DNA from: Methanocaldococcus jannaschii DSM 2661
GTDB taxonomy: Archaea; AGJL01; Methanococci; Methanococcales; Methanocaldococcaceae
NCBI RefSeq assembly: GCF_000091665.1
Contig: NC_000909.1
Coordinates: 1,162,961-1,194,960, forward strand
Reading direction: 5' to 3'
Length of the DNA stretch: 32,000 nt
Made by a program: the position numbers and the translations under genes. A model generated the notes under the pieces. The model was not told the origin of the DNA. It saw nothing but the letters and a program-made list of their open reading frames with translations, and searched no databases. The first letter of the stretch is position 1. Every line of letters starts with the position of its first letter. Below are positions 1-8,750 of the stretch, in pieces.

Positions 1-1029
1 AATAAAACTCTCAAACTTTGGATTTAGTAAAGAATCTCCAATAAACACCTTAGCATCTTTTAAGTTAATTCCATGCAGTATAAAATTCAACTTTGCTAAA
101 ACGGCAGTAACATCATTCCTTTCTTGCCCAACCAACACAATATTTGGATTACTACCTGCAAATCTATACTGCTCTATCAACATAGAACCAGAACCACATG
201 CAGGGTCTAAAATTACCTCATCGTCTTTTGGTTCAACCAAATGGGCAATTAGTTTGCTAACTTCAATAGGAGTATAAACCTCCCCCTCTTTTGCCTTTGT
301 TGGAGCAAAATAATTTAAAGTCCATTCATAAGCATCTCCCAATATATCATAAGATGCTTCTGAAAAATCTGCTCTACTAAATAAATTAATTAAATGTTGA
401 ACAATATGCCTATTTTCATTTTCAAATAATGTAGGAAGTCCAGTTCTTTTTATCAACTCATCTAAACCACTCAATTTCTCCTTATTCATCTCAACAATTT
501 TATTTAATGCATTTATAAAATCTTCTGGATTATTTGCTACTTCATGCCATACATACAACTTTTTACCCTCAACATCATAAAGCTCTAAAATTTCCTCATT
601 TGCCAATACATATATATCTTCTTCATCCAAATCTTCAAACTCCTTCTTCAACTCCTCAACTTTTAACAGATATTTATCACTAATTGCCTTAAAAAACAAA
701 AATAACAGTAATACTTTATAATCTACCTGCGTTCTTATCAAATCAGCCCCTTGCTTAAGCAAACCAATTAACTTATCTTTACTTACCTTTTCAATTTTTT
801 CAGTAGTTAATGGCTTTATTTTATAAATTTTCTTTCTTTTATCTTCCTTCTTTGCTGTCTTTTCCAATAATCCAGCATCAGCCAACTTGGATAATACTTC
901 ATTCACATTTTCATAGTTATCTTTAAGAACCTTTTCAGCCATATCATAGGTAAATGGGAATAGCCCAAATTTATCCATTAATATATTATATGCTTTCAAA
1001 AACCTTGGTTCAACATTTCTAAGTTTCAA
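1..1029 (-). CDS. hsdM: Type I restriction-modification DNA methyltransferase subunit (HsdM), N-terminal part; the rest lies beyond base 1
   Basis: Missing from the ORF track because it has no stop in the window. The reverse-strand frame ending at base 1 is open up to an in-frame TAA at 1042-1044. Candidate starts are TTG at 1029 or ATG at 978. My translation includes LIGLLKQGADLIRTQVDYKVLLLFLFFKAISDKY (HsdM N-domain pattern) and GEVYTPIEVSKLIAHLVEPKDDEVILDPACGSGSMLIEQ...NIVLVGQERN (SAM-binding motif I). The catalytic NPPF motif would lie off-window. Confidence 0.85.
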   Translation of the reverse strand, partial: MKLRNVEPRFLKAYNILMDKFGLFPFTYDMAEKVLKDNYENVNEVLSKLADAGLLEKTAKKEDKRKKIYKIKPLTTEKIEKVSKDKLIGLLKQGADLIRTQVDYKVLLLFLFFKAISDKYLLKVEELKKEFEDLDEEDIYVLANEEILELYDVEGKKLYVWHEVANNPEDFINALNKIVEMNKEKLSGLDELIKRTGLPTLFENENRHIVQHLINLFSRADFSEASYDILGDAYEWTLNYFAPTKAKEGEVYTPIEVSKLIAHLVEPKDDEVILDPACGSGSMLIEQYRFAGSNPNIVLVGQERNDVTAVLAKLNFILHGINLKDAKVFIGDSLLNPKFESFI

Positions 1030-1116
1030 GGTATCACCAACTTAGATAGTTATTTTAATGTTTTCACTATGTAATTGGATGTAGGGTGTATATAAAGGTT
1101 GTGGTTTGGTGAGAGA

Positions 1117-1998
1117 ATGAGATACATGAAAATCATCATTCCAAAAAAATTCCTAAATACTGTTGAGGAAATTTTAAAAAAGAACAATGCCTACTCAATA
1201 TCAATAATTGAACCATTAAAGACATCAATTGAAGATGGAATCATCATAACATGCAACGCAGATGCAAGAGATGCAGAAAAAATAGTTTTAGAATTAAAAA
1301 AATTAGGTTTAGGAGAGAAAGGTCATGGAAGTGTGACAATAATGCCAGCAAACATAACATTCTCATGTAGGGAGGAGGGAATAGCTTCAACAAGCTTGTC
1401 TCCTTTAGAACTCTACTACAAAGCAAAAACTATGGTTAAAATTACGAAAAATGTTATAATTAAAGTTATATTGGCAAGTATCATGGGAGTTATTGGATTG
1501 ATAGAGCATAATATTCCAACATTAATTGGGGCGATGATTATAGCACCTTTAGTTGATACAGTTATGGGAAGTGCCATAGGAACAGTATTGGGAGATAAAG
1601 AGTTATTCATCCAAGGGATGAAAAAAGAACTCCTCTGCTCTGGGATTGTTATAGTTTGTGCATTTATTCCAAGTTTGTTTTTTGTTTCAAAAGAGTTGGT
1701 TTTACAGTATCTATCAGAGACATCAATAATATTGAGTGCTATTGTTGCAATTATTGCAGGTATTTCAGGGGGAATGAGTATTGCAAGCGGAAAGGAGTAT
1801 GAAATCATTGGAGTTACAATTGATGTTTCAATATTAATCCCAGCTTTATTAATGGGCATGGCTTTAGCTACCATGGACTTATATCTGATTTATATAACCT
1901 TCATTCTGTTGGCTATAAACATAGTGTTATTAGATGTTGGTGGCTACATTGGCTTAAAATACAAAGTTGGAAAGATAAATCAAAAAATAAAATATTAA
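1117..1998 (+). CDS. DUF389/TIGR00341-like integral membrane protein with a soluble N-terminal domain
   Basis: ORF track 1099..1998. ATG at 1117 (GGTGA 4 nt upstream) or ATG at 1126 is more plausible than TTG at 1099. TATATAAA sits at 1089-1096. A soluble region of about 115 aa is followed by multiple hydrophobic helices. [18 protein letters not shown] resembles the DUF389 signature as I remember it. Confidence 0.7.
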
Positions 1999-2017
1999 AA
2001 ACTCTTATTTTTCCATT

Positions 2018-2740
2018 TTAAAAAATCTTCTGCATAATCAACTTAAATAAAATTTTAAACCCAGTTATTACATTAGTTCCTCTACTCATCGAATATTCAG
2101 TATATATAGTTTTTATTGGCACTTCTTTAAGCTTTAATCCATGTTTTTTAGCTAAAATTATAAATTCAGAGGAAACTTCATACCTATCACTCTTTAAATC
2201 CCCTATTATTTTCTTAGCCGCTTCATAAGAGAAAGCTCTCAATCCACTTTGGCTGTCTGTAACAAAATACCCTCCCATCAAATAAGTTATAAAATTTAAG
2301 CCAAAATTCCCAATCCTTTTAACTAATGGCATATTCTTTAACTCATTCTTATCCATCATCCTACTACCAATAGCCATATCATAGCCTTCAAATAATACTG
2401 GCTTAACAACCTTCTCAACGTCTTTTGGATGATGTTGCCCATCTGCATCAAAGGTAATGATGATTTTTGGTTTATATAGCAGAGCACATTTAATCCCAGT
2501 CCCTAAAGCTCCCCCTAACCCTCTATTCAATATATGCCTACAGACTATAACTCCCTCTTTTTTAGCTATCTCTGAAGTTTTATCCATTGAACCATCATCA
2601 ACAACTACTATATTTTTATAGCCCTCTTTTTTTAAATTCTTTAAAGTTTCTCCAATCATCTTTTCTTCATTGAATGCAGGAACGACTACAAATATCTCAT
2701 CTTTATTAATCTCATTAATTTGGCTGTTTTGCTTTTTCAT
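2018..2740 (-). CDS. Family 2 glycosyltransferase (dolichyl-phosphate sugar synthase-like)
   Basis: ORF track 2018..2749, whose GTG start lies inside the GGTGGAG SD, so the ATG (MKKQNSQ) at 2740 is preferred. Supporting motifs are VVVPAFNEE, VVVDDGSMDKT and FDADGQH, the GT-A fold DxD-type motifs typical of GT2. Confidence 0.9.
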   Translation of the reverse strand: MKKQNSQINEINKDEIFVVVPAFNEEKMIGETLKNLKKEGYKNIVVVDDGSMDKTSEIAKKEGVIVCRHILNRGLGGALGTGIKCALLYKPKIIITFDADGQHHPKDVEKVVKPVLFEGYDMAIGSRMMDKNELKNMPLVKRIGNFGLNFITYLMGGYFVTDSQSGLRAFSYEAAKKIIGDLKSDRYEVSSEFIILAKKHGLKLKEVPIKTIYTEYSMSRGTNVITGFKILFKLIMQKIF

Positions 2741-2993
2741 TATCTCCACCTATAACCTTACAGAAGGCAAATGCCCCAACAACCCCACATATAAAGATGG
2801 CTAAGGCTATAGTATCGGCAAATGCAAGGTTGTATTTTTGGGAGATAACAACTATCAACGTCCCAGCAACAACGGTAATTATTGACTCCCCAACTAAAAC
2901 ATTGGCAGTTCCCTTTTTAAATGATAATCTTAATCCCACTAATGCAGAGAAGCTTAGAGCTATAATAGCAAATAACCAAACATAGATATTCAT
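2715..2993 (-). CDS. Small 3-TM membrane protein, probable partner of the downstream GT2
   Basis: 92-aa ORF with GGTGGT 3 nt upstream of its ATG. It has three hydrophobic segments and its 3' end overlaps the GT2 start by 26 nt. The family assignment (DUF2304-like?) is a guess. Confidence 0.6.
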   Translation of the reverse strand: MNIYVWLFAIIALSFSALVGLRLSFKKGTANVLVGESIITVVAGTLIVVISQKYNLAFADTIALAIFICGVVGAFAFCKVIGGDNEKAKQPN

Positions 2994-3094
2994 ACTACCA
3001 CCAAATAAAAGTTATAAATATAATTATCAGTTAAATATTAACTTAGATAACTTAAAGTTAATAATCTTTTTGGTTATAAAAAGAGGTTGGAAGT

Positions 3095-3208
3095 ATGCAG
3101 TTGGATGCCTTTGCAATATTGGTGTTAGTTATATTGGGATTTATGGCATTGTTTGCTACAGCTATTGCAGTCTGGTATTGGAAAGTTGGAAGGAAGTTGA
3201 TACAATAA
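3095..3208 (+). CDS. Candidate 37-aa single-pass membrane miniprotein
   Basis: Below the ORF-track cutoff. ATG at 3095 is preceded by GAGGTTGG. Translation is MQLDAFAILVLVILGFMALFATAIAVWYWKVGRKLIQ, one hydrophobic helix with a basic tail. Confidence 0.3.
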   Translation: MQLDAFAILVLVILGFMALFATAIAVWYWKVGRKLIQ

Positions 3209-3209
3209 G

Positions 3210-3446
3210 TTACAATCTTTTATAAATATCATATAAAATTGCTCCAAACAGCAAGCTAATGTAAATAATGATTGTTATATCTGTTAAAATTAGTGATAAG
3301 CCAATATTAAAACTACCTTCAGAAAATGAAACCTTAATAACGACAGCAACTAATAAAGTCAATCCTGCTCCAAGAAATATTTTATAAATGTCAAAAATGG
3401 CATTAAATAGTAATTCTCTCTTTTTAGTCAGTTTTTCATCATCCAA
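3210..3446 (-). CDS. Small hypothetical 2-TM membrane protein
   Basis: 78-aa ORF with a TTG start. It has two long hydrophobic stretches and I recognise no family. Confidence 0.45.
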   Translation of the reverse strand: MDDEKLTKKRELLFNAIFDIYKIFLGAGLTLLVAVVIKVSFSEGSFNIGLSLILTDITIIIYISLLFGAILYDIYKRL

Positions 3447-3450
3447 AATT

Positions 3451-3621
3451 TCACCAATAATACTTTATCATCAATATGATAAAAATCACCGCCCCTAAAA
3501 ATACCATCAACCAAACCCATATATTCAAAATAAATAAAAATTTAAAAATCTTTTCTCTCTTTTCCGGGTCATTTAAAAGCTTTTTTATTGGGTCTTTCCC
3601 ATAGTATTTTTTTCTTTTCAT
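3451..3621 (-). CDS. Candidate 56-aa membrane miniprotein
   Basis: Below the ORF-track cutoff. Translation is MKRKKYYGKDPIKKLLNDPEKREKIFKFLFILNIWVWLMVFLGAVIFIILMIKYYW. Its stop lies 4 nt before the TTG of the 78-aa ORF, and its start lies 12 nt after the stop of the upstream UPF0216 gene. Confidence 0.35.
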   Translation of the reverse strand: MKRKKYYGKDPIKKLLNDPEKREKIFKFLFILNIWVWLMVFLGAVIFIILMIKYYW

Positions 3622-3633
3622 AATTATCACTTT

Positions 3634-4053
3634 TTAGTCAAATAAAGATAATTTAAATATAAGCTGTGTTGTTGTCGGCAGTTCTTTTCTAACAATCTTT
3701 AGTTCTGGTTTATATATATACATTACATCCTTCTCTGAAAAAATATCAATCTCTTTCCCCAAAATCTTTGATATAACTTTTACTTCTTCTTTTCCACTGA
3801 TTTTTATAGCCCCTCCTAAAGAGGAATCAACCTCTAAAACAATAGGGATTTTTAAATCTTCACTTGCTATCTCTTTTAAAAACTCAAGCTCTCTCCTTTT
3901 TATCCTATGCCTTTTACCGTTTATTATTACATGTGGTTTTTCTTCACTCAATAACTCTCTTAAAGTTTTCCTTTTAAACCTTGGATTCATATCTTTTATT
4001 ATTCCTTTTATAATCTTTTCTACATCTCTCATACTCATCACAAGGATAATCAT
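3634..4053 (-). CDS. UPF0216/DUF61-family protein
   Basis: 139-aa ORF. The family assignment rests on my recollection of the archaeal UPF0216 family. It is a basic, soluble protein. Confidence 0.6.
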   Translation of the reverse strand: MIILVMSMRDVEKIIKGIIKDMNPRFKRKTLRELLSEEKPHVIINGKRHRIKRRELEFLKEIASEDLKIPIVLEVDSSLGGAIKISGKEEVKVISKILGKEIDIFSEKDVMYIYKPELKIVRKELPTTTQLIFKLSLFD

Positions 4054-4133
4054 TTTATACGTTAAATGAAATATTAATATTATGTGTAAGAATTCAAATT
4101 TAAATTTAAACTATTGAAAATTTCCTGTGAGGG

Positions 4134-4976
4134 ATGTTTGTGAGAGTCATGAAAATTGCCCAAAATAAAAAGATTGTAACTGTTTATCCTACAACTACAA
4201 TAAGAAAAGCCCTTATGACTATGAATGAGAATAAATACAGAAGATTGCCAGTGGTAAATGCGGGAAATAACAAAGTTGTTGGTATAATTACAAGTATGGA
4301 TATTGTAGATTTCATGGGTGGGGGTTCAAAATACAACTTAATTAGAGAGAAGCATGAAAGGAATTTTTTAGCAGCAATAAATGAACCAGTTAGAGAGATA
4401 ATGGAGGAGAATGTTATAACTTTAAAGGAGAATGCAGATATTGATGAAGCAATAGAGACATTCTTAACAAAAAATGTTGGGGGGGCTCCAATAGTTAATG
4501 ACGAGAACCAACTCATTTCATTAATTACAGAAAGAGATGTGATAAGGGCTTTATTGGATAAGATAGACGAAAATGAGGTTATTGATGATTATATAACAAG
4601 GGACGTTATTGTAGCCACACCAGGAGAGAGGTTGAAAGATGTTGCGAGAACTATGGTGAGAAATGGGTTTAGAAGACTGCCAGTTGTTAGTGAGGGGAGA
4701 TTGGTAGGGATTATAACATCAACGGACTTTATAAAACTTTTAGGTAGTGATTGGGCTTTCAACCACATGCAAACTGGTAATGTTAGAGAGATAACAAATG
4801 TTAGAATGGAAGAGATTATGAAGAGGGATGTTATAACTGCAAAAGAGGGAGATAAATTAAAGAAGATAGCTGAAATAATGGTAACCAATGATATAGGGGC
4901 TTTACCAGTAGTTGATGAAAACTTAAGGATAAAAGGAATTATCACAGAGAAGGATGTTTTAAAATACTTTGCTTAA
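4134..4976 (+). CDS. Four-CBS-domain protein (two Bateman modules), AMPK-gamma-like adenine-nucleotide sensor
   Basis: Four repeats of the CBS pattern are visible: RRLPVVNAGNNKVVGIITSMDIV, GGAPIVNDENQLISLITERDVI, RRLPVVSEGRLVGIITSTDFI and GALPVVDENLRIKGIITEKDVL. GTGAGGG lies immediately upstream of the ATG at 4134. Confidence 0.92.
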   Translation: MFVRVMKIAQNKKIVTVYPTTTIRKALMTMNENKYRRLPVVNAGNNKVVGIITSMDIVDFMGGGSKYNLIREKHERNFLAAINEPVREIMEENVITLKENADIDEAIETFLTKNVGGAPIVNDENQLISLITERDVIRALLDKIDENEVIDDYITRDVIVATPGERLKDVARTMVRNGFRRLPVVSEGRLVGIITSTDFIKLLGSDWAFNHMQTGNVREITNVRMEEIMKRDVITAKEGDKLKKIAEIMVTNDIGALPVVDENLRIKGIITEKDVLKYFA

Positions 4977-4995
4977 ATAAATTATTTTTTATTTT

Positions 4996-7413
4996 TTGTG
5001 GGGGGTTGTTATGAATGTTGAGGAAATTGAAGAAGAATATAAAACTTCTATAAAAACTGGATTATCAACTGAAGAAGCTAAGAAGAGATTAAAAATCTAT
5101 GGATATAATGAAATCCCAGAAAAAAAGGTTCATCCAATTATTAAATTTCTCTCTTACTTCTGGAATCCTATTGCTTGGATGATTGAAATTGCCGCTATTT
5201 TATCTGCAATAATCAAACACTGGGTGGATTTTGTTATAATCTTAATACTACTGTTGGTTAATGGTGTTGTTGGTTTTTGGGAAGAATATAAGGCAGAAAA
5301 TGTCATAGAGTTTTTAAAGCAGAAGATGGCTTTAAATGCAAGGGTTTTGAGAGATGGAAAATGGCAAATAATTCCAGCAAAAGAATTAGTCCCTGGAGAT
5401 GTTGTTAGAATTAGGATTGGAGATATCGTTCCAGCTGATATAATATTGGTTGATGGAGATTATTTAGTTGTAGATGAATCTGCCTTAACTGGAGAGAGTT
5501 TGCCAGTAGAGAAGAAGATTGGAGATATTGCTTATTCTGGCTCTATTGTTAAAAAAGGAGAGATGACTGGAATAGTTAAAGCTACCGGGCTAAATACTTA
5601 CTTTGGAAAGACCGTTAAGTTAGTTGAAAAAGCAGAAAAAGTTAGCTCTTATCAAAAGATGATTATCAAGATAGGAGACTATTTGATAGTTTTAGCAGTA
5701 ATTTTAATAGCAATAATGGTTGCCGTTGAATTGTTTAGAGGAAAGAGTTTAATAGAAACAGCCCAATTTGCTTTAGTGTTAGCTGTTTCAGCAATTCCAG
5801 CGGCTATGCCAGCTGTGTTATCAATAACTATGGCTATTGGAGCATTAAATTTAGCAAAGAAGGATGCTATTGTTAAGAAACTTGTAGCTATTGAAGAACT
5901 TGCAGGAGTTGATATTCTCTGCTCAGATAAAACTGGGACTTTAACAAAGAATCAGCTTGTGTGTGGGGAAATTATAGCTTTAAATGGATTTAGTAAAGAG
6001 GATGTTGTTTTATTTGCCGCTCTTGCTTCAAGGGAAGAGGATGCTGATGCAATAGATATGGCAATTTTAAATGAGGCTAAGAAATTAGGATTGATGGAAA
6101 AAATAAAAAACTACAAAATAAAGAAGTTCATTCCATTTGACCCAGTTATTAAGAGGACAGAGGCAGAGGTAACTAACGATGAGGAGTTTAAAGTCTCAAA
6201 AGGAGCTCCTCAGGTTATATTAGATTTATGCAATGCAGATGAAGAGTTAAGGAGAAAGGTTGAGGAAATTGTTGATAAGCTTGCTGAAAATGGTTATAGG
6301 GCTTTAGGGGTAGCTGTTTATAAAAATGGGAGATGGCACTTTGCTGGAATAATCCCATTGTATGACCCTCCAAGAGAAGATGCTCCTTTGGCAGTTAAGA
6401 AGATTAAAGAGCTTGGAGTTATAATAAAGATGGTTACTGGAGACCATGTAGCTATAGCTAAGAATATAGCACGAATGTTGGGCATTGGAGACAAGATAAT
6501 ATCAATTAGTGAGCTATTGAAAAAACTAAAAAGAGGAGAGATTAAAGAAGAAAAATTTGATGAGATTGTTGAAGAAGCAGATGGATTTGCTGAGGTATTC
6601 CCAGAGCATAAATATAAGATTGTTGATTCACTGCAGAAGAGAGGGCATCTTGTTGCCATGACTGGGGATGGAGTTAATGATGCTCCTGCCTTAAAAAAGG
6701 CTGACTGTGGGATTGCTGTTTCAAATGCAACTGATGCTGCAAGAGCCGCTGCTGATATAGTTTTATTATCTCCTGGAATATCTGTTATTGTTGATGCAAT
6801 CCAAGAGGCAAGAAGGATATTTCAAAGAATGGAAAGCTATGTTATTTATAGAATTACTGAGACAATAAGGATTTTATTCTTTGTTGAGTTATGCATATTG
6901 ATTTTGGGCATTTATCCAATAACTGCATTGATGATTGTGCTCTTAGCTATATTGAATGACATCCCTATATTGGCAATCGCCTATGATAACGTTGTTGAGC
7001 CAAAATCTCCAGTTAGATGGAGGATGAGAGAGATTTTAATGCTCTCAACTGCTTTAGGACTGAGTGGAGTTGTTAGCTCCTTCCTGATATTCTATATATC
7101 TGATGTATTCTTACATCTAACAATTGCAGAGTTGCAGAGCTTTGTATTTTTAAAGTTGATATTGGCTGGACATGCAACCATATTCGTTACAAGAATTAGA
7201 GATAGGTTGTGGAAAAAGCCATATCCAAGTAAGTTGCTGTTCTGGGGAGTTATGGGAACAAATATTATTGGAACAATTGTAGCTGCTGAAGGAATATTCA
7301 TGGCTCCAATTGGTTGGGATTTGGCTTTGTTTATGTGGCTCTATGCCCATGTTTGGATGTTAATTAACGATGAGATTAAAATGATTTTGCTAAAAAGACT
7401 AAAAATTGATTAG
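4996..7413 (+). CDS. P-type (type III, plasma-membrane H+-ATPase-like) cation-transporting ATPase
   Basis: Motifs present are TGESLP (actuator), CSDKTGTLT (phospho-Asp), MVTGD and MTGDGVNDAPALKKAD, with about 10 TM helices. The track start is TTG at 4996. ATG at 5011 (MNVEEIEEE), preceded by GGGGGG, is the alternative. Confidence 0.95.
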   Translation: MWGVVMNVEEIEEEYKTSIKTGLSTEEAKKRLKIYGYNEIPEKKVHPIIKFLSYFWNPIAWMIEIAAILSAIIKHWVDFVIILILLLVNGVVGFWEEYKAENVIEFLKQKMALNARVLRDGKWQIIPAKELVPGDVVRIRIGDIVPADIILVDGDYLVVDESALTGESLPVEKKIGDIAYSGSIVKKGEMTGIVKATGLNTYFGKTVKLVEKAEKVSSYQKMIIKIGDYLIVLAVILIAIMVAVELFRGKSLIETAQFALVLAVSAIPAAMPAVLSITMAIGALNLAKKDAIVKKLVAIEELAGVDILCSDKTGTLTKNQLVCGEIIALNGFSKEDVVLFAALASREEDADAIDMAILNEAKKLGLMEKIKNYKIKKFIPFDPVIKRTEAEVTNDEEFKVSKGAPQVILDLCNADEELRRKVEEIVDKLAENGYRALGVAVYKNGRWHFAGIIPLYDPPREDAPLAVKKIKELGVIIKMVTGDHVAIAKNIARMLGIGDKIISISELLKKLKRGEIKEEKFDEIVEEADGFAEVFPEHKYKIVDSLQKRGHLVAMTGDGVNDAPALKKADCGIAVSNATDAARAAADIVLLSPGISVIVDAIQEARRIFQRMESYVIYRITETIRILFFVELCILILGIYPITALMIVLLAILNDIPILAIAYDNVVEPKSPVRWRMREILMLSTALGLSGVVSSFLIFYISDVFLHLTIAELQSFVFLKLILAGHATIFVTRIRDRLWKKPYPSKLLFWGVMGTNIIGTIVAAEGIFMAPIGWDLALFMWLYAHVWMLINDEIKMILLKRLKID

Positions 7414-7421
7414 GTGATAAA

Positions 7422-8144
7422 GTGAAAGCTTTAGTTTCAGGAATAGTAGATTTATCAACAATTGATTATCCAAAAAAAGCTTCAGCTGTCATATTTCTAT
7501 ATGGATGTAATATGAAATGCCCTTATTGCCACAATTTAAAGTTTATGTTGGAGCATAAGAGGGGGATGACAGTTGAGGAAATTTTTAATGATATAGATTT
7601 TTTATTTGCAGATGCTATCGTCATAAGTGGAGGAGAACCTACTCTGCAGAAAGATGCTGTGATAGAGATAGCAAGATATGCTAAAGAAAAAGGGTTTCCA
7701 GTGAAAATTGATACAAACGGCACACATCCAGAGGTTATTGAGGAGCTAATTAAAAATAAGCTTATTGATTATGTTGCTATTGATGTAAAATGTAGATTTG
7801 ATAAGTATAAAGAGTTTGTAAAATGCAGAGAGGATGGAGAGGAGATTAAAAATAAGATATTAAAGATTATTGATTTATGCAAAAAAAATAATGTATTTGT
7901 TGAGTGTAGAACAACTTTTGTCCCAAAAGTTATGGATGAGGAAGATATTGAAGATATAGCAAAAACAGTTAAAGACTGTGACTTATATGCAATTCAGCAG
8001 TTTGAGCCAAAGGATGCCTATGATGAAGAATTTAAAAAACTCCCTATGCCTAAAGAAAATGAGTTGAGAGAGTTGGGTAAAATAGCAAAGAAATATATTG
8101 ATAATGTTGTTATAAGGACCATAAATGGAACTTTTGAAATTTAA
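7422..8144 (+). CDS. Radical SAM activating enzyme (PflA/NrdG family; resembles archaeal NrdG2-type anaerobic RNR activases)
   Basis: Contains the CNMKCPYC (CxxxCxxC) cluster motif near the N-terminus and ISGGEPTLQ. The GTG start has AGGTGA 4 nt upstream and lies 8 nt after the ATPase stop. Confidence 0.8.
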   Translation: MKALVSGIVDLSTIDYPKKASAVIFLYGCNMKCPYCHNLKFMLEHKRGMTVEEIFNDIDFLFADAIVISGGEPTLQKDAVIEIARYAKEKGFPVKIDTNGTHPEVIEELIKNKLIDYVAIDVKCRFDKYKEFVKCREDGEEIKNKILKIIDLCKKNNVFVECRTTFVPKVMDEEDIEDIAKTVKDCDLYAIQQFEPKDAYDEEFKKLPMPKENELRELGKIAKKYIDNVVIRTINGTFEI

Positions 8145-8158
8145 ATTAAAATTAAAAT

Positions 8159-8557
8159 TTACTTTCCACCAATAACTCTTGTTATCTTGTATTGACCAAC
8201 TGCTTCTATATATTCAACTTCTCCTCCTGGCTCTAATCCTTCAATACCTTCTGGAATTGGCAACTCCAATGTTTCGTAAGTTTGCAAGTCCATAATTTGA
8301 ACCATATCTCCCATTATAGCCAATACTTGTCCTTTTCTTCTGTCAATTATTGGAACTTCTACCTTGCTTGATGTTGGTGCAACAAACTCCTTCTTAACTT
8401 TTTCAAATATTCCAATACCTACAACTCTTGCCTTAGCTCCTCCGTGTTTTCCTGGCTTTGAAACGCTAATATCTACAATTTCACATGGAACTCCATCAAT
8501 CATAACATACTGTCCAACTTTTAATGAACCGACATTAACTTGTTTTGTTCCTGGCAT
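8159..8557 (-). CDS. eif5a: Translation initiation factor 5A (aIF5A)
   Basis: Contains the hypusine-loop motif SKPGKHGGAK. The track start at 8566 is a GTG inside GGTGA, so the ATG (MPGTKQ) at 8557 gives 132 aa. Confidence 0.95.
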   Translation of the reverse strand: MPGTKQVNVGSLKVGQYVMIDGVPCEIVDISVSKPGKHGGAKARVVGIGIFEKVKKEFVAPTSSKVEVPIIDRRKGQVLAIMGDMVQIMDLQTYETLELPIPEGIEGLEPGGEVEYIEAVGQYKITRVIGGK

Positions 8558-8612
8558 TATTATCACCTTTTATTTTCTAAAAAAGAAACTTTTAATAACT
8601 ATTGCCTTATGT

Positions 8613-8620
8613 TATATAAA
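8613..8620 (-). promoter_or_regulatory. TATA box candidate for aIF5A
   Basis: The reverse strand reads TTTATATA about 55 nt upstream of the ATG. This would place the TSS near 8590 and keep the GGTGA SD in the 5' UTR. Confidence 0.4.
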
Positions 8621-8750
8621 TATTACTATCAACACATTCTGAGTTTTTGAGATTATTAATCTTATTAATCTATTAAATTTAATATTCAAATTTAACAAAA
8701 TTTCAATAACTTCTATCTTTTAAGCATATAAAAAATAAAATTTTAGATAG

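Noticed and set aside
1416-1874. 152-aa minus-strand ORF antisense to the DUF389 gene
   Set aside because: This is a shadow ORF on the opposite strand of a well-supported membrane-protein gene, with low-complexity I/T/N-rich translation. The same reasoning applies to 1244..1426, 2797..2985, 4184..4516, 4589..4945, 6318..6659, 7092..7350 and 7523..7723.
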